From Parcubacteria group bacterium (GTDB taxonomy: Bacteria; Patescibacteriota; Patescibacteriia; UBA1558; GWA2-36-10): 64,000 bases of DNA. The stretch lies in NCBI GenBank assembly GCA_003104935.1, contig PQAE01000004.1, positions 6,835-70,834 of the forward strand. The letters are read 5' to 3'. The notes under the pieces are model-generated. The model was not told the origin of the DNA. It was given only the letters and a program-made list of their open reading frames with translations, and made no database searches. Made by a program: the position numbers and the translations under genes. This document shows, piece after piece, positions 37,285 to 46,729 of the stretch (its first letter is position 1; every line of letters starts with the position of its first letter).

Positions 37285-37356
37285 GCTATTGCGAGGTCGG
37301 CTAGTGCCGTGGCAATCGCAGTGAGATTGCTTCCCGCGCCAAGCGCGGTCGCAAAA
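37285..37356. repeat. structured intergenic repeat, copy C, occupying the groES-groEL spacer
   Basis: GCTATTGCGAGG-TCGGCTAGTGCCG-TGGCAATCGCAGTGAGATTGC-TTCCCGCGCCAAGCGCGGTCGCAA. Same block order as copies A and B. Confidence 0.6.
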
Positions 37357-37380
37357 GCTTAAAGAAAGGAAATAAATTTT

Positions 37381-39012
37381 ATGGCTAAACAAATATTTTT
37401 TAAAGAAGAGGCCCGCGCCAAGATGAAAAGAGGCGTGGACATCCTGGCTAACGCCGTCAAAGTCACTCTGGGACCCAAAGGGCGTAATGCGGTGCTGGAC
37501 AAAGGCTTTGGCGCGCCCAATATCACTAAAGACGGTGTGACCGTGGCCAAAGATATAGAGCTGGAAGACAAATTGGAAAATATGGGAGCGGAAATCGTCA
37601 AAGAAGTGGCCTCCAAGACGGCTGATGTAGCCGGTGACGGTACTACTACCGCCACCATTTTGGCCCAGGGCATAATCATGGAAGGTCTAAAAAATGTCAC
37701 GGCCGGAGCCGATCCATTAACCTTAAAAAGTGGTATTGATCAGGCCACGGAAGCCGTCGTAGCTCATTTAAAAAAAATATCCAAGGCTGTTTCTGGTCAG
37801 CAGGAAATAGAGCAAGTAGCCGCAATTTCCGCCAATGATAAAGCTATCGGCAAAACTATCGCCGAGGCCATGCAGTCCGTGGGCAACAACGGCGTGATTA
37901 CCGTAGAAGAATCCCAGAGTTTCGGTATCGAGAGCAAAGTAGAAGAGGGTATGCAGTTTGACCGCGGTTACGTCTCTCACTATATGGTGACGGACACGGA
38001 AAAGATGCAGGCGATCTATAATGATGTCAGTATTTTGATTACCGATCAGAAAATTTCCGCTTTGCAGGACCTATTACCTCTATTGGAAGCTCTGGCTCAG
38101 GCCGGAAAAAAAGAATTAATTATTATTGCCGATGATATTGAGGGCGAAGCCCTGGCTACATTAGTCGTTAACAAAATTAGGGGAATCTTTAATACTCTGG
38201 CCGTCAAAGCGCCTGGTTTTGGTGACCGCAAAAAAGAAATGTTGCAGGACATCGCCGTTCTCACCGGGGCTAAGTTGGTTTCGGAAGAACTGGGTATGAA
38301 ATTATCCAGCGCTACGGCGGAAGTTTTAGGCTCGGCCCGCAAGGTGCTCTCTACAAAAGAGAATACTACTATAGTAGAAGGCCGCGGTGAGGCCAATGAA
38401 ATCGCCGCGCGAGTAGCCCAGATCAAAAAAGCCTTGTCCGAAGCCGAATCTGATTTTGACAAAGAAAAATTACAGGAAAGGTTGGCTAAGCTCACCGGCG
38501 GTGTAGCCGTCATCCGCGTGGGAGCGGCGACTGAAACCGAAATGAAGGAGAAGAAAGATCGCATTGAAGATGCGCTGGCCGCTACCAAAGCGGCCGTGGA
38601 GGAAGGAGTTTTGGTCGGCGGCGGTGTGGCCTACTTACGCTCACTGGAATCTATTGATAAATTAAATCTGGACGGCGAGGAAAAATTAGGCGCCGAGATT
38701 TTAAAAAAAGCCCTGACCACTCCAGCCGAGCAGATTGCCAAAAACGCCGGCAAGGACGGTGCAGTGGTAGTGGCGGAGATTTTGAAAAACAAAGACAACT
38801 TTGGCTATAATGCCAAAGACGATAAATTTGAAGATCTGGTTCAGGCCGGTATTATTGACCCGACTAAAGTAGCGCGCTCAGCTTTGCAAAACGCCGCTTC
38901 CGCCGCGGGATTGTTTCTGACCACCGAAGTGGCTATCGCCGATCTACCCAAGAAAGAAGACGACAGCCACGCCGGTATGGGTCATATGCCCGACGGCATG
39001 AATATGATGTAA
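37381..39012 (+). CDS. groEL: chaperonin GroEL
   Basis: 543 aa. [50 protein letters not shown], and a C-terminal GGM-like tail ([12 protein letters not shown]). Confidence 0.97.
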   Translation: MAKQIFFKEEARAKMKRGVDILANAVKVTLGPKGRNAVLDKGFGAPNITKDGVTVAKDIELEDKLENMGAEIVKEVASKTADVAGDGTTTATILAQGIIMEGLKNVTAGADPLTLKSGIDQATEAVVAHLKKISKAVSGQQEIEQVAAISANDKAIGKTIAEAMQSVGNNGVITVEESQSFGIESKVEEGMQFDRGYVSHYMVTDTEKMQAIYNDVSILITDQKISALQDLLPLLEALAQAGKKELIIIADDIEGEALATLVVNKIRGIFNTLAVKAPGFGDRKKEMLQDIAVLTGAKLVSEELGMKLSSATAEVLGSARKVLSTKENTTIVEGRGEANEIAARVAQIKKALSEAESDFDKEKLQERLAKLTGGVAVIRVGAATETEMKEKKDRIEDALAATKAAVEEGVLVGGGVAYLRSLESIDKLNLDGEEKLGAEILKKALTTPAEQIAKNAGKDGAVVVAEILKNKDNFGYNAKDDKFEDLVQAGIIDPTKVARSALQNAASAAGLFLTTEVAIADLPKKEDDSHAGMGHMPDGMNMM

Positions 39013-39103
39013 TACTAATTTACTTAAACTGGCTTCGCTTTTGGCGGGGCCTTTTTGTTTTATATCTGTTTTTTTGTTATAATAAGAGTGTGTTTTACGG
39101 CTT

Positions 39104-39643
39104 ATGATCAGTGTAGAGAGTAAAGAAAAAGATGCCTTCAGCTATAATAGCGGTTCGGGCTATCAATATGAAGGCGAGAGTTCGGAAATCTGGGTGGCGG
39201 ATTTTGGTTCGCACGATATCGAGGAGTCCCTGCGCGAGGAAGTAGCCAAGCTGAAGCCCAAAACTCCTTTGTATGTCAGCTGGATACTGACCGCTTTGCT
39301 CATTTTCATTGTGGTGATGTCGGGAGAATGGCTGGTGCGTGTTTGGACTGAGCGTCTGTATTGGTCGGAAATAACTATTTTTTGGTCAGTGTGGCTGTGG
39401 CGTCTAGCGGCTCTCCTAGCCTGGATTTATGTGGCTCGTTTCCGCTGGGCTATAGACTGGCGCAAATTTTTTATCATCAGTTTGATCGCTTTTATCCTGG
39501 CCGTGTTTGTGGCCGATATCTTTAAAATCGTAGCTATCGGCTCGGCCTGGACTTGGCTCAATCTACTGGTAGACCCGATTTGGATGGCCATACTGGTAGC
39601 CGCCCTAGGCGCTGTGCTTTATAAATTAACTAATCATAAATAA
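39104..39643 (+). CDS. hypothetical polytopic membrane protein
   Basis: 179 aa. Acidic N-terminus, then 4 predicted TM helices. Confidence 0.4.
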   Translation: MISVESKEKDAFSYNSGSGYQYEGESSEIWVADFGSHDIEESLREEVAKLKPKTPLYVSWILTALLIFIVVMSGEWLVRVWTERLYWSEITIFWSVWLWRLAALLAWIYVARFRWAIDWRKFFIISLIAFILAVFVADIFKIVAIGSAWTWLNLLVDPIWMAILVAALGAVLYKLTNHK

Positions 39644-39658
39644 TAATTAATAAAAAAT

Positions 39659-39976
39659 ATGGAAGAAGTAAAGACAAATATGCCGCCGGACAAAAGAGAC
39701 GTGGAAGAAAATAAGCTCATTTCCGCTTTGGCTTATATTTCTATCATTTGCCTGGTGCCGCTGTTTTTAAAAAGAGAATCTAAGTTTGCTCAGTTTCATG
39801 CTAAGCAGGGATTAATCCTGTTTATCATCGAGCTTTTTGCCTTTATACCATTTTTTGGTACGATTCTATTTATCATCGCGGTGATTCTGGCCATCCTGGG
39901 AGCGCTCAATGCCTGGAACGGCAAATATTGGGTGATGCCGGTGCTGGGCCAGTTTGCCAGCAAATTAAATATTTAA
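39659..39976 (+). CDS. DUF4870-like small membrane protein
   Basis: ISALAYISIICLVPLFLKRESKFAQFHAKQGLILFIIELF pattern characteristic of the DUF4870 family. Confidence 0.5.
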   Translation: MEEVKTNMPPDKRDVEENKLISALAYISIICLVPLFLKRESKFAQFHAKQGLILFIIELFAFIPFFGTILFIIAVILAILGALNAWNGKYWVMPVLGQFASKLNI

Positions 39977-40053
39977 TTTTTTTGAGCAATAGAAATAAGC
40001 CGGGGCAGAAGCTGTGCTCGACTTATTTTTTCTAAGCTTTAATTTTTTATTTT

Positions 40054-42459
40054 ATGGCCAGCAAAAAATTTATCCTCTGGTTTAATCAGATAGGCATCAA
40101 AGATGTTTCCAAAGTCGGCGGCAAAGGAGCGTCGCTCGGTGAGATGTACCGCAAATTATCGGCTCAGGGTGTGCCCATACCAAACGGTTTTGCGGTCACG
40201 GCCGAGGCCTACGACTATTTTGTCACGGTGACGGGGTTAAAAAAACAAATCAAACAGGTTTTACAGGGATTAGACACCCATGATATCCATAGTTTGCAGA
40301 GCGCGGGACAGAAAATCAGACAACTGATCATCGCCGCGGATTTTCCGGCGGATTTGAAGAAATATATTGCGGCGGCCTATCAGAAATTATCGGCTACCTA
40401 CAAAATAAAGAATGTTGATGTGGCGGTGCGTTCCAGTGCTACGGCGGAAGACTTGCCGGACGCATCTTTTGCCGGCCAGCAGGATACTTATCTCAATGTT
40501 GAGGGCAACGCCGAATTATTAGAGGCCTGCAGGCGCTGTATGGCTTCGCTTTTTACCGATCGGGCTATTTCCTATCGCCACGACAAGGGTTTTGACCATT
40601 TCAAGGTCAAACTTTCCATCACCATCCAAAAGATGGTGCGCTCGGATTTGGCCTGTTCGGGCGTGATGTTTTCTATTGATACGGAATCGGGTTTTCGTCA
40701 GGCCGTGCTGATCAACTCTATTTATGGTCTGGGCGAATATATAGTCCAGGGCATGGTCAATCCCGACGAATTTTATGTGTTTAAACCCACTTTAAAGGCG
40801 GGTAAAAATGCAATTATCGGCCGGCGATTGGGATCAAAAAAAATAAAACTAGTCTATGATTCCAAATCCCGGACTAATACCAAGAAAATGGCGGTGACAC
40901 CGGCGGAGCAAAATAAATTTGCGCTGACGGACAGAGAGGTGATGCAGTTAGCGCGTTGGGCGGTAGATATCGAACAGCACTATAAAAAACCGATGGATAT
41001 GGAATGGGCCAAAGACGGGCGGACCGGAAAATTGTTTATCGTCCAGGCCCGGCCGGAAACCGTGGTCTCTCAGGAAGATCCTAATACTTTGACGGAATAT
41101 AAATTAGCGCACAGCGGTAAAGTGATCGTGGAGGGCGCCTCGGTAGGCAACAAGATCGGTCAGGGCACGGCCCATATTATCCTCAATGCCAAACAGATCG
41201 ACCAGTTTAAAAAAGGCGAAGTGCTGGTGACCGAGATGACTGATCCCGATTGGGAACCGATTATGAAAATCGCTTCGGCGATTATTACTAACTCCGGCGG
41301 TCGCACCTGCCACGCGGCTATTATTTCCCGGGAGCTGGGCATCCCCTGTGTAGTGGGCACAAGAAATGGCACGGACAGAATCAAGAACGGCCAGTTGCTG
41401 ACGGTCTCCTGCGCTGAAGGCGAGCGGGGTCGCGTCTATCAGGGATTATTAAAATACAATATCAAAAAAACAAATCTGCGTCAGATAAAAAAACCGCAGA
41501 CCAAGATCATGATGAACGTGGGTAATCCTGAGACGGCCATGCAGGATAGTTTTATACCCAATGACGGCGTAGGGCTGGCCCGTGAAGAATTTATCATTTC
41601 CAATTATATCCGCATTCACCCGCTGGCTTTATTGAATTACGGAAAATTAAAGGACCAGTCGGCTAAAAAACAGATTGCCAAACTGACGGCCAGCTATAAA
41701 AATAAAGCCCGGTATTTTGTGGATAAATTGGCCGAGGGTGTGGCTACTATCGCCGCCAGTTTTTATCCCAAGGATGTCATTATCAGGCTATCAGATTTTA
41801 AATCCAATGAATATGCCAATCTGATCGGCGGCCGCGCTTTTGAAGCGATTGAGTCCAACCCCATGATCGGTTGGCGGGGAGCGAGTCGCTACTATGACAG
41901 CAAGTATTTGCCGGCTTTTATCTTAGAATGCAAAGCTTTGTATAAAGTGCGCCAAGATATGGGCCTGAAAAATCTTAAAATAATGGTACCGTTTTGCCGC
42001 ACCATAGAAGAGGGCAAAAAAGTGTTAAAAATCATGGCCGATAACGGTCTGGTGCGCGGCCGTGATGGTCTGCAGGTCTATGTGATGTGTGAGATTCCTT
42101 CAAATGTGATTTTGGCTACAGAGTTTTCCAAGATTTTTGACGGATTTTCTATCGGCTCCAATGATTTGACTCAGTTGACCCTAGGTGTGGATCGCGACAG
42201 CGAATTGGTCGCTCACGTCTATGATGAAAGAAATGAGGCCGTCAAAACTCTAATCAGGCAAGTCATCAAAACCGCTAAAAAAATGCACCGTAAGATCGGC
42301 ATTTGCGGACAGGCACCATCTGACTTTCCTGATTTTGCCCAGTTTTTGGTCGGTGAAGGCATTGATTCTATTTCTCTTAACCCCGATACGGTCATTAAGA
42401 CCATGATCGCTATCAATCAGACGGAAAGAAAATTACGCCGGCGGCGAAAAAAGAGATGA
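40054..42459 (+). CDS. ppsA: phosphoenolpyruvate synthase (pyruvate, water dikinase)
   Basis: 801 aa. N-terminal ATP-grasp region (GGKGASLGEMY), central phospho-histidine domain (GGRTCHAAIISRELGIPCVVG), C-terminal PEP-utilising TIM barrel. Confidence 0.9.
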   Translation: MASKKFILWFNQIGIKDVSKVGGKGASLGEMYRKLSAQGVPIPNGFAVTAEAYDYFVTVTGLKKQIKQVLQGLDTHDIHSLQSAGQKIRQLIIAADFPADLKKYIAAAYQKLSATYKIKNVDVAVRSSATAEDLPDASFAGQQDTYLNVEGNAELLEACRRCMASLFTDRAISYRHDKGFDHFKVKLSITIQKMVRSDLACSGVMFSIDTESGFRQAVLINSIYGLGEYIVQGMVNPDEFYVFKPTLKAGKNAIIGRRLGSKKIKLVYDSKSRTNTKKMAVTPAEQNKFALTDREVMQLARWAVDIEQHYKKPMDMEWAKDGRTGKLFIVQARPETVVSQEDPNTLTEYKLAHSGKVIVEGASVGNKIGQGTAHIILNAKQIDQFKKGEVLVTEMTDPDWEPIMKIASAIITNSGGRTCHAAIISRELGIPCVVGTRNGTDRIKNGQLLTVSCAEGERGRVYQGLLKYNIKKTNLRQIKKPQTKIMMNVGNPETAMQDSFIPNDGVGLAREEFIISNYIRIHPLALLNYGKLKDQSAKKQIAKLTASYKNKARYFVDKLAEGVATIAASFYPKDVIIRLSDFKSNEYANLIGGRAFEAIESNPMIGWRGASRYYDSKYLPAFILECKALYKVRQDMGLKNLKIMVPFCRTIEEGKKVLKIMADNGLVRGRDGLQVYVMCEIPSNVILATEFSKIFDGFSIGSNDLTQLTLGVDRDSELVAHVYDERNEAVKTLIRQVIKTAKKMHRKIGICGQAPSDFPDFAQFLVGEGIDSISLNPDTVIKTMIAINQTERKLRRRRKKR

Positions 42460-42767
42460 AAAAAATAGTCACTATACTTTGTCTTTTGTTAATAATATTT
42501 TTTGCTTGGTATAAAGCTAGAGATATTTATATTTATTTTAGCTATCAAAAAGATAAGCAGGAATTGCCGGCAACTGACTATTATAAATATTTAGGTCTAG
42601 ATTGTTATCAGCAAGGTAAGGATACGTATGGCTGTTGCATGTCTTCCTTAAAAGATATAGCCGCCGGTAATTATAAAGTAGCTCCGCCTGAGGGCTGTCC
42701 GATTGGTTCTGAACCAAAAACTTTGCGTTGTCTAGGGTCGTTAAAGTGGTGTCAGCCGGAAAAATAA
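42456..42767 (+). CDS. small Cys-rich secreted/membrane-anchored protein (7 Cys)
   Basis: Signal-anchor MKKIVTILCLLLIIFFAW. CX..C/CC motifs. Overlaps the ppsA stop (ATGA). Confidence 0.4.
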   Translation: MKKIVTILCLLLIIFFAWYKARDIYIYFSYQKDKQELPATDYYKYLGLDCYQQGKDTYGCCMSSLKDIAAGNYKVAPPEGCPIGSEPKTLRCLGSLKWCQPEK

Positions 42768-42811
42768 TTTTTAACCCCCTAAAACCTGCTGATAGGCAAT
42801 AAGCGGGTTTT

Positions 42812-42839
42812 TTGTATTATTGACTTATTAGGCTATAAT
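42812..42839 (+). promoter_or_regulatory. candidate promoter of tRNA cluster (TTGTAT-16 nt-TATAAT)
   Basis: TTGTAT at 42812-42817, TATAAT at 42834-42839, about 24 nt upstream of tRNA-Ser. Confidence 0.4.
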
Positions 42840-42862
42840 AATTATACTAATAATCGTTTTAC

Positions 42863-42950
42863 GGAGGGTTCGCATAGTGGCCTAGTGCACACGCTTGGAA
42901 AGCGTGCAACCCGCAAGGGTTCGAGAGTTCGAATCTCTCACCCTCCGCCA
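42863..42950 (+). tRNA. tRNA-Ser (anticodon GGA), type II with long variable arm, CCA encoded
   Basis: Acceptor GGAGGGT/ACCCTCC. Anticodon stem CACGC/GCGTG with loop TTGGAAA. T-arm GAGAG-TTCGAAT-CTCTC. 88 nt. Confidence 0.9.
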
Positions 42951-42965
42951 AATATATTAATGCAC

Positions 42966-43052
42966 GCCGAAGTGGTGAAATTGGTATACACGCACGGTTC
43001 AGAGCCGTGTGACCGTGAGGTCATGGAGGTTCAAATCCTCTCTTCGGCACCA
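42966..43052 (+). tRNA. tRNA-Leu (anticodon CAG), type II, CCA encoded
   Basis: Acceptor GCCGAAG/CTTCGGC. Anticodon loop TTCAGAG. Variable arm TGACCGTGAGGTCA. T-arm GGAGG-TTCAAAT-CCTCT. Confidence 0.9.
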
Positions 43053-43118
43053 AATTTCGACAAGAGTGACTTGTCGAAATTTGTCCCGAACGAAGTTGAG
43101 GGACAACGTACTAGATAA

Positions 43119-43194
43119 GGGCTGTTAGCTCAGTTGGTAGAGCGCTACATTCGCATTGTAGAGGTCGGGAGTTCGACTCTCCCACAGTCCACCA
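43119..43194 (+). tRNA. tRNA-Ala (anticodon CGC), G3:U70 identity pair present, CCA encoded
   Basis: GGGCTGT...ACAGTCC acceptor with G3-T70. Anticodon loop TTCGCAT. D-arm GCTC-AGTTGGTA-GAGC. T-arm GGGAG-TTCGACT-CTCCC. Confidence 0.9.
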
Positions 43195-43272
43195 TGGTCG
43201 CATGGCTTCCACCTTCCCCCAGACTTGATCCGGGGTTCGGTGGACAGGCAGTTTCGTAATTCTTGAATATTG

Positions 43273-43349
43273 GGGCATGTAGCTCAGTTGGTTAGAGCGC
43301 TACATTCACATTGTAGAAGTCGGAGGTTCGAGTCCTCCCATGCCCACCA
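43273..43349 (+). tRNA. tRNA-Val (anticodon CAC), CCA encoded
   Basis: Acceptor GGGCATG/CATGCCC. Anticodon loop TTCACAT. T-arm GGAGG-TTCGAGT-CCTCC. Confidence 0.9.
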
Positions 43350-43569
43350 TTTTTGAGAATCTCGCAGCGCCGAGCTATAGGCGAGGCGCGAAGACCCCGG
43401 CGCAGGCCGGGGCAGGTGCGACCACCATCCTTCGCTCCTTGTTACACTCGGAGCTACGGATGGCAGGCCATTTTACAAACAAAATTTGCCTTAACTTTTC
43501 GGGCCATTGGCCCGCCAAAGCTCAAAGGCGTAGTCGGGGGTTAGCGCAGTTTAGTGAGAGAGTTATAAT

Positions 43570-43644
43570 CGGGGTGTAGCGCAGTGGTAGCGCGCACGGT
43601 TCGGGACCGTGAGGCCGTGGGTTCAAATCCCACCACCCCGACCA
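43570..43644 (+). tRNA. tRNA-Pro (anticodon CGG), C1:G72, CCA encoded
   Basis: Acceptor CGGGGTG/CACCCCG. Anticodon loop TTCGGGA. T-arm GTGGG-TTCAAAT-CCCAC. TATAAT sits directly upstream at 43564-43569. Confidence 0.9.
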
Positions 43645-43768
43645 ACTTAAACTTTTTTCAAATTCAAAGGCGGTTTTAAAAATAAATACGCGGCTCGGTA
43701 GCCGTTTTTTGTTTTCTCTAGTGGTAGTTTAGCTTCGCTTTTGTTATAATGTATAAGGTTTGTAACAT

Positions 43769-45472
43769 ATGCTGTGGAAAAAAATTACTAAAACATTTAC
43801 AATATTTTTTTCGCTTTTTGGCTGGCTGATAGCGGCCCTACCTCCTTTTAATATTGAGATACCGAACGCTCGAGCGGCGGTGCCTTCCGGTGTCATCGTG
43901 GCCTGGCCTTCTACCAATGATACTATACCCACAGGATGGTCAGAGGTGACGACTCTGTCAACATATTATTTGGAAGGCACTACCATTGATCCGTCGGCTG
44001 TAGCCGGCGGTAATACTACCCATACTCATACCTCGCCGACCCATACTCATACCGGCCATACTCATACCGGTACCACCGGAAATGGCAGTAGTGCTAGTGT
44101 GGCCACTACTAATGCCGGTACTGCCGGCGCGGCCAATGCTCATGCTCATGCCGTTACTGTCGGTGCTTCCGCCAGTAATGTTGCACAATCGGCCAATCTA
44201 GGCACTGCTTCCAATGATCCGCCCTATACTACCGTTATCTGGATAAAGTCAAACGGGACCACCGACATACCGGTCGGAGCCTGGGCCTATTTTAATGCTA
44301 CTGCGCCCAGTGGCTGGTCAAGTCAAAGTGCCGGCAGATATTTAAAAGGTACGACTAACGGCGGTAATGGCGGAGCTACTGGCGGCACATCAAATGCCCA
44401 TACACATACGGATAGCGGACATACCCATACCGAAAGCGCCCACACTCATACCGGAACTACCAACGCCACAGCAAGCAAGGTGAATACTGCGGCCGGTTCA
44501 GGATATTCTACCGGGGGTCATACGCACAGCGTATCTAGTAGTGGTGTAACAGCCACAGAACAGCCAGGGGTGGGAGTTTTGGCTAATGCTGACGGTCAGC
44601 CGCCCTTTTATATATTGAATACTATTCAAAATGATAATGCTTCCGCTTCCTTGCCGCTAAATGTGATTGCCATGTGGGACGGAACAGTGGACACGATTCC
44701 GGCCGGCTGGAAACTCTGCGACGGCAATAATAGCACCCCTAGTCTTAATGATAAATTCATAAAGGGGGCTAGCACTGATTTAGAGATTAGCAGTACCGGC
44801 GGTGCTTTGACTCACACCCATGCCGCCAGCACAGCGCACAGTCATACCGTAGATTCACACACCAATACTTTTACTGTAAGCGGAGACACTGGATCGCAGG
44901 TAGTTAACGCTAGTAAAACCGGAAGAAGTATTATCGGATATGATCATACCCACACCTTGTCGATTACCGGCGGGGGAACCACCGGAACTGGAACCATTAC
45001 CGCCGACGCCAACTCGGTCAATGATAATCGGCCGCCCTATAAAGAAATAGTCTATATCCAGTACCAGGGCGTGGCCATATCTATCAGTTTGACGACTGAC
45101 GGCTCAGTGAATTTTGGCACCTTGTCAGAAAACACCACTCAGGATAATACCGCCAGTGGTGTCAATGATGTGGAGGTGGTGTCGGTAGATAGCGGCACCG
45201 CCAAACTCTCCATAAAGAGTACAGTTTTTACGCAGGGAGGAAATACTTGGACCCTGGGCGCCAGTAACGGCACTAACCAAGTGAAGTGGGAGTTTGCTTC
45301 ATCTACTACCAATTGGCTGACTTTTTCCAGCGCTGGCACTGATTATACTCTGGAAAGTAGCGTGGCGGCGCCTAACACCAGAAATATTTATTTACGCCTA
45401 ACCACTCCTTCGCCTTCCAGCTGGTATACTGCGTTTAGTGCTTCGGTCACTGTTACCGCGTCAGCGCCATGA
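43769..45472 (+). CDS. secreted protein with three tandem phage-tail-collar-type repeats and a C-terminal beta-rich module
   Basis: Signal/TM TIFFSLFGWLIAALPPF. Repeats built as VIVAWPSTNDTIPTGWSEV / VGAWAYFNATAPSGWSSQ / VIAMWDGTVDTIPAGWKLCDGNN, each followed by G/HT-rich stretches (HTHTSPTHTHTGHTHTG) and NDPPYTTVIWIK / GQPPFYILNTI / DNRPPYKEIVYIQ endings, as in tail collar (Collar) domains. The C-terminal module is shared with the next gene. Confidence 0.6.
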   Translation: MLWKKITKTFTIFFSLFGWLIAALPPFNIEIPNARAAVPSGVIVAWPSTNDTIPTGWSEVTTLSTYYLEGTTIDPSAVAGGNTTHTHTSPTHTHTGHTHTGTTGNGSSASVATTNAGTAGAANAHAHAVTVGASASNVAQSANLGTASNDPPYTTVIWIKSNGTTDIPVGAWAYFNATAPSGWSSQSAGRYLKGTTNGGNGGATGGTSNAHTHTDSGHTHTESAHTHTGTTNATASKVNTAAGSGYSTGGHTHSVSSSGVTATEQPGVGVLANADGQPPFYILNTIQNDNASASLPLNVIAMWDGTVDTIPAGWKLCDGNNSTPSLNDKFIKGASTDLEISSTGGALTHTHAASTAHSHTVDSHTNTFTVSGDTGSQVVNASKTGRSIIGYDHTHTLSITGGGTTGTGTITADANSVNDNRPPYKEIVYIQYQGVAISISLTTDGSVNFGTLSENTTQDNTASGVNDVEVVSVDSGTAKLSIKSTVFTQGGNTWTLGASNGTNQVKWEFASSTTNWLTFSSAGTDYTLESSVAAPNTRNIYLRLTTPSPSSWYTAFSASVTVTASAP

Positions 45473-45574
45473 TTTTTTGCTTTAAATTAATTTTTGTTTA
45501 CGGGTAGTAGTGGCGTATTTTTGGTTTTTTTGAAATTGTGCTATAATAATACCGAAAATAAATAATAAAATATT

Positions 45575-46096
45575 ATGGAAAAGTCAAAAAATTCATTAGT
45601 TTTAGTAAGTATCTTAATGGTGGCTGGTTTAGCCATCATGATTCACGCTCGGGCGGCAACCGTCGTGACCGCCACTGTAACGGTGCGTAGTTTAGCCGTA
45701 TCACTAACACCGACCAGTTTTGATTATGGGACTATGGATTCTAATACTTCTTCCAGCACCTTGCAGATGTTCGCCGGTGCCGGTATTGTGGTTACCAACG
45801 ACGGTTCAGTTAACGAAGATTTTTATCTGACCGGTTCGGATACGGGCGCCTGGACCATTAACACGGCTGTGGCTTCAAATGTTTATGTGCACAAGTTTTG
45901 TAACGATACCGACGATGATTGCACTTCGCCTCCGACCAGTTATACTAATATGTCTACGGGAGCGACACCTTTAGATACAGCCATTGCCGAGGATGGAACC
46001 ACTGCTTTTCAGCTCCGGATTACCACGCCTAATCCCAGCACTATTTTTACTTCCCAAGAACCCACAGTGACGGTCACAGCCAGTGCCAGTAGTTAG
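45575..46096 (+). CDS. secreted beta-rich protein homologous to the C-terminal module of the upstream collar-repeat protein (possible TasA/camelysin-like fold)
   Basis: Signal peptide ...IMIHARA-ATVV. Shares ...SFDYGTMDSNTSSS... and the ending ...FQLRITTPNPSTIFTSQEPTVTVTASA with ...VNFGTLSENTT... and ...YLRLTTPSPSSWYTAFSASVTVTASA of 43769-45472. Confidence 0.45.
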   Translation: MEKSKNSLVLVSILMVAGLAIMIHARAATVVTATVTVRSLAVSLTPTSFDYGTMDSNTSSSTLQMFAGAGIVVTNDGSVNEDFYLTGSDTGAWTINTAVASNVYVHKFCNDTDDDCTSPPTSYTNMSTGATPLDTAIAEDGTTAFQLRITTPNPSTIFTSQEPTVTVTASASS

Positions 46097-46117
46097 CGCT
46101 TTTATTAAATTATACTT

Positions 46118-46714
46118 ATGAAAAAATTGATCCTGTTTGCTTTGGCAGTTGCTCTGGCAATACCTCTGTTAGTTTCAGCGAAGATAGGTGTTGGTATTGG
46201 AACGGGAAAAATAGTAGTAGATCAGCAATTAAAGGCGGGCCTTATTTATAATATCCCTAATTTAGTAGTGATTAATACCGGCGACGAACCTTCGGATTAT
46301 AGTGTCGGCACTCAACGGGTAGAGGGCCAAAAAGAGTTTATCCCCGCTGCCGATTGGTTCAGTTTTGAACCAGACATCTTTTATTTAGAACCCGGACAAA
46401 CTCAAATCGTTAAGATAAAATTGACTTTGCCTATCCGGGGAGCGAAACCGGGAGATTATTTCTCCTTTGTTCAGGCTTATCCCGTTAAGAAAGAAATGCC
46501 AAAAGGCACCAGTGTCGGAGTGGCGGCCGCGGCCAAATTGTATTTTTCGGTTTCCCCGGCCAATTTTTTTCAGGGGATATATTATCGCTTAGCTTCGCTG
46601 ATCGTGCTGACTGCGCCCTGGAGCTACATCGTCTTTGTCTTGCTGGCGATTGCTACTCTGGGAGTTCTTATTCAAAAAAATATCAAGTTTAAAGTCAGTA
46701 TCGGTCGCAAATAA
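46118..46714 (+). CDS. cell-surface protein with signal peptide and C-terminal TM anchor
   Basis: MKKLILFALAVALAIPLLVSA signal. Beta-rich middle (LEPGQTQIVKIKLTLP...GAKPGDYFSF). C-terminal hydrophobic helix LIVLTAPWSYIVFVLLAIATLGVLI followed by basic residues. Confidence 0.45.
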   Translation: MKKLILFALAVALAIPLLVSAKIGVGIGTGKIVVDQQLKAGLIYNIPNLVVINTGDEPSDYSVGTQRVEGQKEFIPAADWFSFEPDIFYLEPGQTQIVKIKLTLPIRGAKPGDYFSFVQAYPVKKEMPKGTSVGVAAAAKLYFSVSPANFFQGIYYRLASLIVLTAPWSYIVFVLLAIATLGVLIQKNIKFKVSIGRK

Positions 46715-46729
46715 ATTTTTTGCCCACTG

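Noticed and set aside
42768-42811. Terminator after the Cys-rich small gene (AACCTGC...GCGGGTTTTTTG)
   Set aside because: The stem is short and imperfect. It is plausible but too weak to list as a feature.
43353-43544. Track ORFs 43353-43544 and 43340-43579 (Arg-rich peptides) between tRNAs
   Set aside because: They lie in a GC-rich tRNA spacer. The Arg/Pro/Gly composition is a GC artefact, and there is no SD or start context.
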